From contig CACXER010000017.1 in assembly GCA_902766765.1 (NCBI GenBank), positions 3 to 64,002 on the forward strand: a DNA stretch of 64,000 bases, written 5' to 3'. The position numbers were made by a program, and so were the translations under genes. Origin of the DNA: an uncultured Elusimicrobium sp. Its GTDB lineage: Bacteria > Elusimicrobiota > Elusimicrobia > Elusimicrobiales > Elusimicrobiaceae. Under the pieces are notes generated by a model. That model worked only from the letters and a program-made list of their open reading frames with translations, was not told the DNA's origin and ran no database searches. Shown here one piece after another: positions 27,707 to 37,180 of this stretch (positions are counted from its first letter, which is position 1; each line of letters opens with the position of its first letter).

Positions 27707-28831
27707 ATGCATACAGAAAACCCCTCTTTGGTACGGGAAAAAATTATTGTTAAAACGAGCACCGTCGGTGTCATTACCAACCTCCTTTTGGCTGCAGCCA
27801 AAGCGGCAGTGGGCCTGTTGGCTAATTCTATTGCCGTGGTGTTGGACGCCCTCAACAATCTATCCGATGCGCTTTCTTCCGTCATCACAATTATCGGAGC
27901 CAAACTGGCTAACCAAGCACCGGACAAAAAACATCCCCTTGGGCACGGGCGTATTGAATATATGAGTGCCATGCTCGTATCGGCTATCATCTTATACGCC
28001 GGGATAACGGCGCTCATTGAATCGGTTAAAAAAATATTCCAGCCGCAACTGCCGCAATATACAACTCTATCACTGGTAATTATCGCAGGAACGGTCGTCG
28101 TCAAACTGGTTCTCAGCCACTACGTCAAAGCACAAGGGAAAAAGGCAGATTCGGATGCTTTAGTAGCATCGGGTTCGGACGCATTTTTTGATGCGGTGAT
28201 CTCCGCCTCTGTGCTAGGTTGTGCTATTTTTTATCTGATTTTTCACATTGCGTTGGAAGCGTATATGGGAATTATCATTTCTCTCGTTATTATCAAGGCC
28301 GGTTTTGAAATGCTGGAAGGGCCTTTCCACGACATCGTGGGCCAACGCGTAGATGCCAAAATGAGCCGGCAAATCAAACGAATTATCAGCCAAGAACCCG
28401 CCGTTCGCGGAGTGTATGATTTAATCATCAATAACTACGGCCCCAATAAAAATTATGCGTCGCTACATATAGAATTACCCGATACAATGTGCGTGGAAGA
28501 AGTGGACCGCCTCACTCGAAAATTGGAAGAGAATGTCTATCATCAAACGGGCGTAATTTTAACCGGAGTGGGGGTGTATTCCTACAACACCCAGGGGGGA
28601 GAGGCCGCCCATATCCGCAATCATATTCAGCAAATCGTATTAGCGCACGACTGGGCCTTGCAATTACACGGCTTTTACGTGAATTTAGACGACAAATCCC
28701 TACGTTTTGACGTAGTACTCAGTTTTGATATTGCCCAACAAAAAGCGTTGGCCATTTTACAAGAAGAAATACAGCATGCGTATCCGACCTATAAAATTCA
28801 AATTACTCCGGACGTAGATATTACGGATTAG
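27707..28831 (+). CDS. Cation diffusion facilitator (CDF) transporter
   Basis: SIAVVLDALNNLSD, PDKKHPLGHGRIEY, six TM helices and a duplicated C-terminal dimerisation-like domain. Confidence 0.9.
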   Translation: MHTENPSLVREKIIVKTSTVGVITNLLLAAAKAAVGLLANSIAVVLDALNNLSDALSSVITIIGAKLANQAPDKKHPLGHGRIEYMSAMLVSAIILYAGITALIESVKKIFQPQLPQYTTLSLVIIAGTVVVKLVLSHYVKAQGKKADSDALVASGSDAFFDAVISASVLGCAIFYLIFHIALEAYMGIIISLVIIKAGFEMLEGPFHDIVGQRVDAKMSRQIKRIISQEPAVRGVYDLIINNYGPNKNYASLHIELPDTMCVEEVDRLTRKLEENVYHQTGVILTGVGVYSYNTQGGEAAHIRNHIQQIVLAHDWALQLHGFYVNLDDKSLRFDVVLSFDIAQQKALAILQEEIQHAYPTYKIQITPDVDITD

Positions 28832-28860
28832 TACGCGGCTATGCACAACAAAGGTTCCCT

Positions 28861-30114
28861 ATGACAATCCGGCATTTACCGCAAGAATTTACCACGTATA
28901 CAGCAGAACTGTTCGGTCCGGAACGTTGGGCACAATTTTTGCACTCTTTTGAGGAGTCATCCGTTACCAGTATCCGGTTTAATCCTTGGAAATACGCCCA
29001 AGAATCGATTTTTCCGCAGATAGAAGCCGTCCCCTGGTGCGAGCAAGGTTATTGGCTCACAGAACGCCCCAATTTCACACTGGATCCGCTTTTCCACGCG
29101 GGTGTTTATTATGTACAAGAGGCCGGCTCGTTATTTTTAGACCATGTTTTACGTGAGCACATTAATTCGCCCGTTTTGGTCTTGGATCTATGCGCTGCGC
29201 CGGGGGGAAAATCTACTTTAATGCGTGCGGCTCTGCCGGAAGGATCTATGCTGGTTAGTAACGAGCCCGATCGCCGCCGCGCCAATATTCTACTGGAAAA
29301 TATGCTCAAACAAGGCCACCCTGACGTACTGGTTACACATAATTATGCGTCAGACTTTGCCAAAACAAAGTGGACCTTTGACGTGATTTTAACGGATGTA
29401 CCTTGTTCGGGGGAGGGCCTTTTCCGGCGCGATGAAAAAACAATCAGCGAATGGAGTGTGGACAATGTTCACTTCTGCCAAAAACGACAACGCCAAATTT
29501 TGCAAGATATCTGGCCGTGTCTGCGTCCGGGCGGCCTCCTCATTTACAGCACCTGCACATTTAACACACACGAAAACGAAGAAAATGTACGCTTTATTGC
29601 AGACGAACTGGGCGCGGAAATTTTACCCGTTTCCGTTTGCCCCCAGTGGCAAATTACCGGCTCATTACTCCCAGGTTGGACGCAACCCGTGTATCGTTTT
29701 ATCCCCGGGGTTTCCCGCAGCGAAGGACTTTTCATAGCCGTACTGCGCAAAAAGGGGGAAACTTCGGCCGCGCCCTTGCTGCCCGGTTCAGCGAGGCATC
29801 ACGCACATATCCATCGTTTGATTCACTTATTATCTGACGGCATCCCGACACCCGAACAAAAGGGAAAGGAACAAATCCCTTCGGCGGCGCAAGCGCTTTC
29901 TATCCGTTTGTCAGCAGATGAATATCCGCGCGTAGAGTTGCCGTTGGCAGAAGCGCAACGCTATTTGCGCCGTGAAAGTTTTGCCTTACCCGCCGGAACC
30001 CCCAGGGGATTTGTCCTCGTGACCTACGGCGGGCATCCGCTTGGATTTATGAAAAATCTGGGCGACCGAGCCAACAATCTCTATCCTAAAAACTGGGCCA
30101 TCCGCAGTTTATAA
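28861..30114 (+). CDS. RsmF/NOP2-family rRNA m5C methyltransferase
   Basis: GVYYVQEAGS, VLDLCAAPGGKST, DVPCSGEG.FR, YSTCTFN..ENE and a C-terminal PUA-like region. Confidence 0.9.
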   Translation: MTIRHLPQEFTTYTAELFGPERWAQFLHSFEESSVTSIRFNPWKYAQESIFPQIEAVPWCEQGYWLTERPNFTLDPLFHAGVYYVQEAGSLFLDHVLREHINSPVLVLDLCAAPGGKSTLMRAALPEGSMLVSNEPDRRRANILLENMLKQGHPDVLVTHNYASDFAKTKWTFDVILTDVPCSGEGLFRRDEKTISEWSVDNVHFCQKRQRQILQDIWPCLRPGGLLIYSTCTFNTHENEENVRFIADELGAEILPVSVCPQWQITGSLLPGWTQPVYRFIPGVSRSEGLFIAVLRKKGETSAAPLLPGSARHHAHIHRLIHLLSDGIPTPEQKGKEQIPSAAQALSIRLSADEYPRVELPLAEAQRYLRRESFALPAGTPRGFVLVTYGGHPLGFMKNLGDRANNLYPKNWAIRSL

Positions 30115-30178
30115 CGAAACGCCGGCTCGATATACCCACACGAACGCTCTTTATTTTCTAAAATATTAGTAAGAGGTT

Positions 30179-31003
30179 ATGATGAAAAAATTGTTACTTT
30201 CTGTCTTGTTTACTTTACTGGGCATAGGATGCTACGCCGATGAGCCGATTCAATATCCCTTCACAGTACAAGGGGACCACGGGAAATTAGCGGGTATTGT
30301 ATCCGTACCGGCCAATAAAAAAACATATCCGCTGGTCATGATTTTACACGGATTTAACGGGAGCCGCAAATTACCCATATTTCCCGAATTATCCAAGCAA
30401 CTCAATGCGCGCGGCATCGCCACCGTGTTATTTGATTTTAACGGACAGGGAGAAAGTGAAGGATCCTTTTTAGATATGACCATCCCCAACGAATTAGAGG
30501 ATGCACGCCGCGTCTATGAATATGTCAGCCAACTTCCGGGAGTAACTTCCGTTTCCGCCACCGGACACTCGCAAGGAGGCGTCATTACGGCCATGTTGGC
30601 AGGGGAACTGGGCAAAGATAAATTAAAAAGTATTGCCCTTTTAGCCCCGGCGGCTGAATTAAAAGACGATACCGCCAAAGGCGATTTATTCGGCACACAG
30701 TTTGATCCAACCCATATTCCGGAATATATCGTCTTATTTAATGGGTTAAAAGTCGGGCGCGCCTTTTTGGCCACTACTCCTCATCTACCGATTTATGAGA
30801 CGGCGGCTCCTTATACCGGACCGGTACTTATCGTGCACAGTGTAAAAGATGAGTTAGTGCCTTATGAGTATGGGGTGCGTTTCCATCAACTGTATCAAAA
30901 TTCCCAATTAGAAACGCTCTACAAATTTGACCACAGTTTTACGCAAGATGTGCCCGCCGTGTGCAAAATCGTAACAGATTTTTTTGCCGAGCAACTTTTG
31001 TAA
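30179..31003 (+). CDS. Exported alpha/beta hydrolase (esterase-like)
   Basis: Signal peptide, HGF, FDFNGQGESEG, GHSQGG nucleophile elbow, D.LVP and DHSF. Confidence 0.88.
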   Translation: MMKKLLLSVLFTLLGIGCYADEPIQYPFTVQGDHGKLAGIVSVPANKKTYPLVMILHGFNGSRKLPIFPELSKQLNARGIATVLFDFNGQGESEGSFLDMTIPNELEDARRVYEYVSQLPGVTSVSATGHSQGGVITAMLAGELGKDKLKSIALLAPAAELKDDTAKGDLFGTQFDPTHIPEYIVLFNGLKVGRAFLATTPHLPIYETAAPYTGPVLIVHSVKDELVPYEYGVRFHQLYQNSQLETLYKFDHSFTQDVPAVCKIVTDFFAEQLL

Positions 31004-31088
31004 ATAGCCGTTTAATTGTTACTTCATAGTTTCTGTTGGCGCAGCAGAAAATGTTACAATTTTCTTACATACCAAGAGGAGTTTTAAT

Positions 31089-32126
31089 ATGAAAATAAAT
31101 CGCACAAAATCCGTCTTTCTTACCCTCGTCTGTTTGATACTTACCAGTCTACTGACGACCGGTTGCGCTTCTCTTAAAAAGGAGCCCCTTTCCCTGTGGA
31201 ATAACAACGCACCGGCTAAGAATGCCCTGGTACAGTATGTACAAACAGTTACAAACCCGAAATCAGCCGATTTTATCCCGGTGGAAAACCGCATTGCCGT
31301 ATTTGATTTAGACGGTACCCTCATCCTGGAAACGGACCCCACGTATTTTGACTGGGCCTTATTTGAACACCGCGTACTGGACGACCCGAATTACAAACCC
31401 ACCGGCGAACAACTGGCAGCTGCCCGAGCCTCGCGCGAAAAAGGAATTTTCCCGCCGCTAGATGCCAACCGTGAGAAAATGGTTTCCGAAGTTTATCAAG
31501 GGCTCACGGTAGAGGAATTCTACACATTTATCCGCGATTTCATGCAAGAAGACCAACCCGGATTTATCGGCATGAAGCGGGGGGAGATTTTTTATAAGCC
31601 CATGTTGGAAGTAGTAAAATACCTCGTCAAAAACAAGTTTACCGTCTATATTTGCAGCGGCAGTGACCGCTTGACCGTCCGACCGCTTATTGAAAAAAAT
31701 ATGCCCTACATTCCACCGCACCAGGTTATCGGCTCGGACAGTACGCTTGTATCCAGCAATCAAGGTAATACGGATGGCCTTTCTTACACTTTTCAAAAAG
31801 GGGATACCGTTATCCTGGGTGGAAAGAACCTAGTAAAAAATCTTCAGATGAACAAAGTAGCTATTATCGCACGGGAAATCGGTATACAGCCGGTGTTGGC
31901 CTTCGGGAACACGTTTAGTGATGCCAGCATGGTAAATTATACTATCAACGATAACAAGTATAAATCACTGGGTTTTATGCTCTGTTGCGATGACCTCAAA
32001 CGAGAGTATGGCAACCTGCAGAAAGCCGAAAAAATGCGCGAAGGATGCGATAAATACGGTTGGATCCCCATCTCTATGCGAGACGACTGGAAAACAATTT
32101 ATGGCAACCACGTTAAACGCCGATAA
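31089..32126 (+). CDS. HAD-superfamily phosphatase lipoprotein
   Basis: Lipobox LTTGC, RIAVFDLDGTL, CSGS, PVLAFGN..SD and W..ISMRDDWKTIY. Confidence 0.85.
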   Translation: MKINRTKSVFLTLVCLILTSLLTTGCASLKKEPLSLWNNNAPAKNALVQYVQTVTNPKSADFIPVENRIAVFDLDGTLILETDPTYFDWALFEHRVLDDPNYKPTGEQLAAARASREKGIFPPLDANREKMVSEVYQGLTVEEFYTFIRDFMQEDQPGFIGMKRGEIFYKPMLEVVKYLVKNKFTVYICSGSDRLTVRPLIEKNMPYIPPHQVIGSDSTLVSSNQGNTDGLSYTFQKGDTVILGGKNLVKNLQMNKVAIIAREIGIQPVLAFGNTFSDASMVNYTINDNKYKSLGFMLCCDDLKREYGNLQKAEKMREGCDKYGWIPISMRDDWKTIYGNHVKRR

Positions 32127-32165
32127 AAAAGCCGATAGGGTAGCCGACACCCTATCGGCTGATTT
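32126..32165. terminator. Intrinsic terminator between convergent genes
   Basis: 12-bp stem agccgatagggt/accctatcggct with an A-run on the left and a short T-run on the right. Confidence 0.85.
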
Positions 32166-32178
32166 TGACTGAATCTAT

Positions 32179-32856
32179 TTATTCCACATCAAAATTAAAG
32201 TAAGTATCTTTGTAGGGTTCGTCTTTAAGGGTGAAGTGCCACCATTCCGATTCAAGGGGCAGAAACCCCGCCTTTATCATAGCTTCCCGTAAGATTTGTC
32301 TATTTCTTTTCTGCTTTTTAGTAATTTTCTTGTAATTGGGGTGGGAAATTTCCGAGAATAAATCAAATGTTCCTCCCATATCCACAAAGGACCCATCTTT
32401 TTTAATAAGTGTCAAATCCACGGTACTGCCGCGGGTATGGCCCGACTTAGCCATAATGTACTCCCCGGCAAGTAAATCGGATTTTTGTAACGCGGGGTAA
32501 AATGTTTTGTCGCCGGGATTGGTCGGATCGTTGATCCATGCCACAAAGTCATCCACGGCTTTTTGTGGGCGGTACGAATCCCAAATAAGCAAACGATATC
32601 CTTGTTTGCGTAAATCGGCCGCGGCTTGGGCCAAGGCGGCGAGGGCTTTTTTGGTCATGTAGGCTCTGGGCGCTTTATAACCGTTGATTTTATGCCCTGT
32701 AAAGTTATTAGGCGAATAATAACGGATGTCATACGCCGCATCGTCAATTACGGTATTGATTTCGGCAAAATCTGATTTATCATATGAAACGGTGTCCGCC
32801 CAAAGGGGGGCAAAACTACTAACAACAAACAACAAGGTCACTACCAGTTTTTTCAT
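32179..32856 (-). CDS. D-Ala-D-Ala dipeptidase (M15D, VanX/DdpX family), with signal peptide
   Basis: DIRY...NFTG, DSYRPQKAV, SGHTRGSTVDLT, DMGGTFDLF and EWWHF. Confidence 0.9.
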   Translation of the reverse strand: MKKLVVTLLFVVSSFAPLWADTVSYDKSDFAEINTVIDDAAYDIRYYSPNNFTGHKINGYKAPRAYMTKKALAALAQAAADLRKQGYRLLIWDSYRPQKAVDDFVAWINDPTNPGDKTFYPALQKSDLLAGEYIMAKSGHTRGSTVDLTLIKKDGSFVDMGGTFDLFSEISHPNYKKITKKQKRNRQILREAMIKAGFLPLESEWWHFTLKDEPYKDTYFNFDVE

Positions 32857-32920
32857 AACAATTCTCCTCTATTAAATACACATAAACTATATCACAAAAA
32901 TCGTATCTGGTACAAGGCGC

Positions 32921-33424
32921 TCAGTTCCCCTGCAATAACGTATCGTAGATATTTTTATCTTCTGCCTCAAAGCATACAAAAATGATTTCTTTGACAGATT
33001 TAAGTGGCACGTGTTTAACAACGGTGCACGCAATTTGTGCGGCTAGTTCCTTAGGAAAACGGTATACTCCCGTAGAGATACACGGAAAAGCCACGGTTTT
33101 GCATGCATGTTCTTCGGCCAGCCGAAGGGAATTTACGTAACATTTTTTCAAATATTCTTCTTCCTGCTTCGTACCGCCGTACCACACCGGACCAACGGTA
33201 TGAATAACATATTTACAAGGCAGATGATACCCCGCGGTGAGTTTGGCTTCCCCGGTCGGGCACCCACCCAGCGTGCGGCACTCTTTTAGCAGTTCCGGCC
33301 CGGCGGCGCGGTGTATAGCGCCATCCACGCCACCGCCACCGAGCAGTGTATGGTTGGCGGCGTTGACGATAGCGTCTACACGCAGTTGGGTAATATCACC
33401 CTGAATAACAGTCAGTTTCAACAT
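32921..33424 (-). CDS. Macrodomain O-acetyl-ADP-ribose deacetylase (YmdB-like)
   Basis: [35 protein letters not shown] and [12 protein letters not shown]. Confidence 0.92.
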   Translation of the reverse strand: MLKLTVIQGDITQLRVDAIVNAANHTLLGGGGVDGAIHRAAGPELLKECRTLGGCPTGEAKLTAGYHLPCKYVIHTVGPVWYGGTKQEEEYLKKCYVNSLRLAEEHACKTVAFPCISTGVYRFPKELAAQIACTVVKHVPLKSVKEIIFVCFEAEDKNIYDTLLQGN

Positions 33425-33513
33425 AGGTACATTGTAGAAAATTTGAATCAATAAAATTTCATTACTTCATTTTTCTCTTTACGTTTCAATCAAAAAATTA
33501 TAATGTTATAAGT

Positions 33514-34599
33514 ATGATTGAAGTGACAACAAAAGACAACTGCTTAGTCTGTACTTTAAAGGATGTTTTGGACGAAACAACACGGTTGAATATATCTGCC
33601 GCACAATTACATAATAAAAAAATACAACTGGTGGGTTCCAATATTAAATCGTGGAATACCGATTTTGTCGTTACTCTTTTTAATGCATTGAAAGATGTCC
33701 CCAAAGAAAATCTTTCCTATTCGCACCTGCCGGAAGGGATGGAACAACTCCTGCGCCTGGCCTTTCAAGCCCCTCATCACGAGCCAACAAACCCCCGCCC
33801 CAAATTGCCCTTTTTAGATAGCGTCGGCGAGGGGGGAATCCGTTTTTGCCGTTGCGTTAAAAAAGGGTGTGGGTTTATTCACGATTGTTTGTCCGCCTGG
33901 GGCAGGCAACTGACCGGAAAAGCCGTTTACCGCAGTAAAGATTTTTGGATGATTTTAGCCGATTGCGGCCCTAAATCTATTCTCATCGTATCGCTTATCA
34001 GTTTTATGGTGGGGCTGATTTTGGCTTTTGTGGGGGCCATTCAACTTAAAACCTTCGGTGCGCAAATTTATGTGGCTAGTTTAGTAACTATCGGTATGAC
34101 ACGTATTATGGGCGCTGTGATGACGGGCGTAATTATGGCCGGCCGGACGGGGGCCTCTTACGCGGCGACCATCGGCACCATGCAAGTCAACGAAGAACTG
34201 GACGCCTTGCAAACCATGGGAATTTCACGCACGGATTTTTTGGTTTTGCCACGTATGAATGCGCTACTGCTTGCCATGCCTATTCTGATTTTACTGGCTG
34301 ACTTTATGGGCATTTTGGGCGGATGTTTTGTGTGCGTGTCATTTTGGGATATTCCCTTATCGGAATACATTAAATATACAGTCAACTCTTTTTACATGAA
34401 CCATTTTTTGGTGGGCGTTTTCCACGGGATTGTTTTTGGTTGGATTATTGCTTTATGCGGATGTTATTTTGGCGTGCATTGTGGCCGCAATGCAGATAGC
34501 GTAGGCGCAGCCACCACCAAGGCCGTTGTATATTCAATCGTATGGATGATTGTAACAACGGGGTTACTTACTGTCGTCTTTCAATGGTTGGGGGTTTAA
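33514..34599 (+). CDS. mlaE: MlaE-family ABC permease with N-terminal STAS-like domain
   Basis: MAGRTGASYAATIGTMQVNEELDAL.TMG, LVLPR and SVGAATTKAVV. Confidence 0.88.
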   Translation: MIEVTTKDNCLVCTLKDVLDETTRLNISAAQLHNKKIQLVGSNIKSWNTDFVVTLFNALKDVPKENLSYSHLPEGMEQLLRLAFQAPHHEPTNPRPKLPFLDSVGEGGIRFCRCVKKGCGFIHDCLSAWGRQLTGKAVYRSKDFWMILADCGPKSILIVSLISFMVGLILAFVGAIQLKTFGAQIYVASLVTIGMTRIMGAVMTGVIMAGRTGASYAATIGTMQVNEELDALQTMGISRTDFLVLPRMNALLLAMPILILLADFMGILGGCFVCVSFWDIPLSEYIKYTVNSFYMNHFLVGVFHGIVFGWIIALCGCYFGVHCGRNADSVGAATTKAVVYSIVWMIVTTGLLTVVFQWLGV

Positions 34600-34601
34600 G
34601 G

Positions 34602-35369
34602 ATGCAAAATTCAATTATTCGCGCAGAAAACTTGAGCATCGGCTATGACGACAAGGTCATCATGAAGAATTTGTCGTTTGATATTCCCAAAGGTGATATT
34701 TTTATCATTATGGGGGGATCCGGTTGCGGGAAGAGCACGCTACTTCGTACGCTGACCGGCCTCATCCCCGCCCACTCTGGCCAAATTTGGATACGGGACA
34801 TAGATTTTATAAATGCCGACCCGTCGGAAAAATTAGAAGTAATGAAACACAGCGGTATCTTGTACCAAAGCGGCGCGCTGTTTAGTTCCATGACACTGGC
34901 AGAAAACGTGGCCCTACCGCTGCAACAATATACCTCGTACTCACCGGATAAAATCAGCCGAATTGTGGCTTTTAAATTGGCGCTAGTCGGACTGGCAGGA
35001 TATGAAGATTATTACCCGTCAGAAATAAGCGGAGGAATGCGTAAACGCGCCGGACTTGCACGCGCACTGGCCCTAGATCCCGAAATTGTATATTTTGACG
35101 AGCCCTCGGCCGGGTTGGACCCGATTAGTTCTAAAAACTTGGACGATTTGATATTGGAAATCAATAAAACATTGGGCACGACAATTATTGTAGTAACGCA
35201 TGAATTATCTTCCATTTTCGCCATTGGTAAAAATAGTATTTTTTTGGATAAAACCATCAAAACCATCTCGGCAAAAGGGAACCCAAAAGAACTGCTAAAA
35301 AATCCACCCAATGAACAAGTCTATGAATTTTTAACAAGAGGAGAACGACATGAAAAAGGAACCAAATAA
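34602..35369 (+). CDS. mlaF: MlaF-family ABC ATPase
   Basis: GGSGCGKST, YQSGALF.SMT, ISGGMRKRAGLARALALDP, DEPSAGLDP and VTH. Confidence 0.9.
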   Translation: MQNSIIRAENLSIGYDDKVIMKNLSFDIPKGDIFIIMGGSGCGKSTLLRTLTGLIPAHSGQIWIRDIDFINADPSEKLEVMKHSGILYQSGALFSSMTLAENVALPLQQYTSYSPDKISRIVAFKLALVGLAGYEDYYPSEISGGMRKRAGLARALALDPEIVYFDEPSAGLDPISSKNLDDLILEINKTLGTTIIVVTHELSSIFAIGKNSIFLDKTIKTISAKGNPKELLKNPPNEQVYEFLTRGERHEKGTK

Positions 35370-36150
35370 AAAAGCAATCGGGCTATTCTTAGTTATCGGC
35401 TTTGCATTATTTTTGGGGCTGATTGGAAAATCTGTCCTCAATAAAATACATGCAGATACGAAAGATCTGGTGGTGATGTATTTTAATGAATCGTTACAGG
35501 GCTTATCGGAGGGATCTCCTGTCATATTTCAGGGGGTGGAAGTCGGTAAAGTAACGCGCATTGTACTGGTAACCAACAAAGATAATTTGAAGTTTAATGT
35601 GGCGGTTTATGCTCGTTTTAAAGAAACAGAAATTATCAGCGAGGGCTCGCTTTGGGAAAAATTGTGGAAAAAAGAAAATTTCAATTTCTTGGATATCATG
35701 ATTGAACAAGGCCTGCGCGCCCGGCTTGCTTCCCAAAGTTATTTAACGGGGCAACTGCGGATCGATCTGGTGATGTTACCGGAGACGGAAGTCAAAATGT
35801 TTGAGAGCCCCAAAAAGGAGAATATCCCGCAAATTCCGACTGTTTTATCAGCCAGGGAAGAACTGGCCCGGGGATTTAACGCCTTGCAACTTCAAGAGAC
35901 CATCAACCGCTTTAACCACGTCACGGAAGTGCTGGGCAAAGAACTGCCTGTCTTGTTACCGGCCCTTACCAAAAGTTCCCAAAACTTGGACCAAACACTT
36001 GCCAAGGTAGCCGGAAGCAGTGACGAAACTATTTCCAATTTAAATGAAGCGTTACACGACGTTTCGGATGCAGCCAAATCTTTACAAAATCTGGCAGATT
36101 ACTTGGAAAGACATCCGGAGTCCCTGATTAAAGGAAAAAAAGGAGAATAA
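35350..36150 (+). CDS. mlaD: MCE/MlaD-domain protein
   Basis: N-terminal TM, GLSEGSPV.FQGVEVGKV, GLRARL..QSYLTGQ and C-terminal LADYLERHPESLIKG. Confidence 0.88.
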   Translation: MKKEPNKKAIGLFLVIGFALFLGLIGKSVLNKIHADTKDLVVMYFNESLQGLSEGSPVIFQGVEVGKVTRIVLVTNKDNLKFNVAVYARFKETEIISEGSLWEKLWKKENFNFLDIMIEQGLRARLASQSYLTGQLRIDLVMLPETEVKMFESPKKENIPQIPTVLSAREELARGFNALQLQETINRFNHVTEVLGKELPVLLPALTKSSQNLDQTLAKVAGSSDETISNLNEALHDVSDAAKSLQNLADYLERHPESLIKGKKGE

Positions 36151-36151
36151 T

Positions 36152-36721
36152 ATGCGACTTATAAAAATCATTGTTCCTTGTTTATTATTGGGTGCCTGTA
36201 TTTTTGGAACGAGCCAAAATGCTAAATTTTACACCCAATCAACCACTCCTCAGATGGCGGTATCGGCTGACTTTGCCGCTTTTGTAGGGGTCAACCGGGT
36301 TCAACTGCCTAAATATGTGGACCGCCCGCAAATGGTTACGCAACGTAAAGATTCTGCGCAAGTCAACATATCCGAATATAACCGTTGGGTAGAACCTCCT
36401 GCGGTATTGGCTACCCGCGTAATAACAGAGGACTTAAGTGCCTTGCTGCCGGCGGCACAAATCAAAACGAACCATATCAAGGGGGAGCGGTTTGATTGGA
36501 CTATTTCTATAGAAATTGTAGAAATAAACGCCGTATTGGGAGATAAAGCGGAAATCGTCGCGTGGTACACCATTAAAGACAAAGCGGGGAAAACACACAC
36601 CCATCAAAAATTTGCTGCGGCCGTGCTGATTGGCAAAACATACGATGATTTAGCTAAAGGTTACAGCGAACTATTGGCCCAACTAAGCCATGAAATTGCC
36701 GGAGCGTTAATTCAAAAATAA
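36152..36721 (+). CDS. PqiC-like ABC auxiliary lipoprotein
   Basis: Lipobox LLGAC, LPKYVDRPQMV and RWVEP. Last gene of the MCE operon. Confidence 0.85.
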   Translation: MRLIKIIVPCLLLGACIFGTSQNAKFYTQSTTPQMAVSADFAAFVGVNRVQLPKYVDRPQMVTQRKDSAQVNISEYNRWVEPPAVLATRVITEDLSALLPAAQIKTNHIKGERFDWTISIEIVEINAVLGDKAEIVAWYTIKDKAGKTHTHQKFAAAVLIGKTYDDLAKGYSELLAQLSHEIAGALIQK

Positions 36722-36732
36722 CGCGGAAAAAT

Positions 36733-37146
36733 ATGTTTATCTACAACAAAAAAGCACAATACCACGAGACGGACCAAATGGGTATCATCCACCACGCCAA
36801 CTACGTGAAATGGATGGAAGAAGCCCGTTTGGCGTACTTGGAAGAATTGGGGCTTGGCTATAAGCAGGTAGAAAATGAGCAGGTTTTTTCGCCGGTAGTC
36901 AGCGTGGCGGTGCAATATAAATCCCCGGTACATTTTGCCGACGAGGTAGCAATCAACGTGTCCGTAAAAGCGTACACGGCTGTAAAGTTGGAACTGGCGT
37001 ACGAATTCTTCAATAAAACTACCCAACAACTGTGCGCCACGGCATCTTCGGTACATTGTTTTATTAAGAACGGCAAAATCATTTCCCTAAAAAAAGAAAT
37101 GCCCGTTTTGCACGAAAAAATTTCCGCCCTGACGGCCGGTAATTGA
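36733..37146 (+). CDS. YbgC/4HBT-family acyl-CoA thioesterase
   Basis: YHETDQMGIIHHANYVKWMEEAR and YKSP..F.D. Confidence 0.9.
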   Translation: MFIYNKKAQYHETDQMGIIHHANYVKWMEEARLAYLEELGLGYKQVENEQVFSPVVSVAVQYKSPVHFADEVAINVSVKAYTAVKLELAYEFFNKTTQQLCATASSVHCFIKNGKIISLKKEMPVLHEKISALTAGN

Positions 37147-37180
37147 GCGTATCCCGTCCTAAAGTTATAGAATAAGTAAT

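Noticed and set aside
32179-32856. Vancomycin-resistance locus
   Set aside because: Only a VanX-family peptidase is present; there is no vanH, vanA/B, vanR or vanS.
32921-33424. Macrodomain as part of an anti-phage or toxin-antitoxin system
   Set aside because: It is a stand-alone YmdB-like gene with no adjacent ADP-ribosyltransferase, sirtuin or other defence gene.
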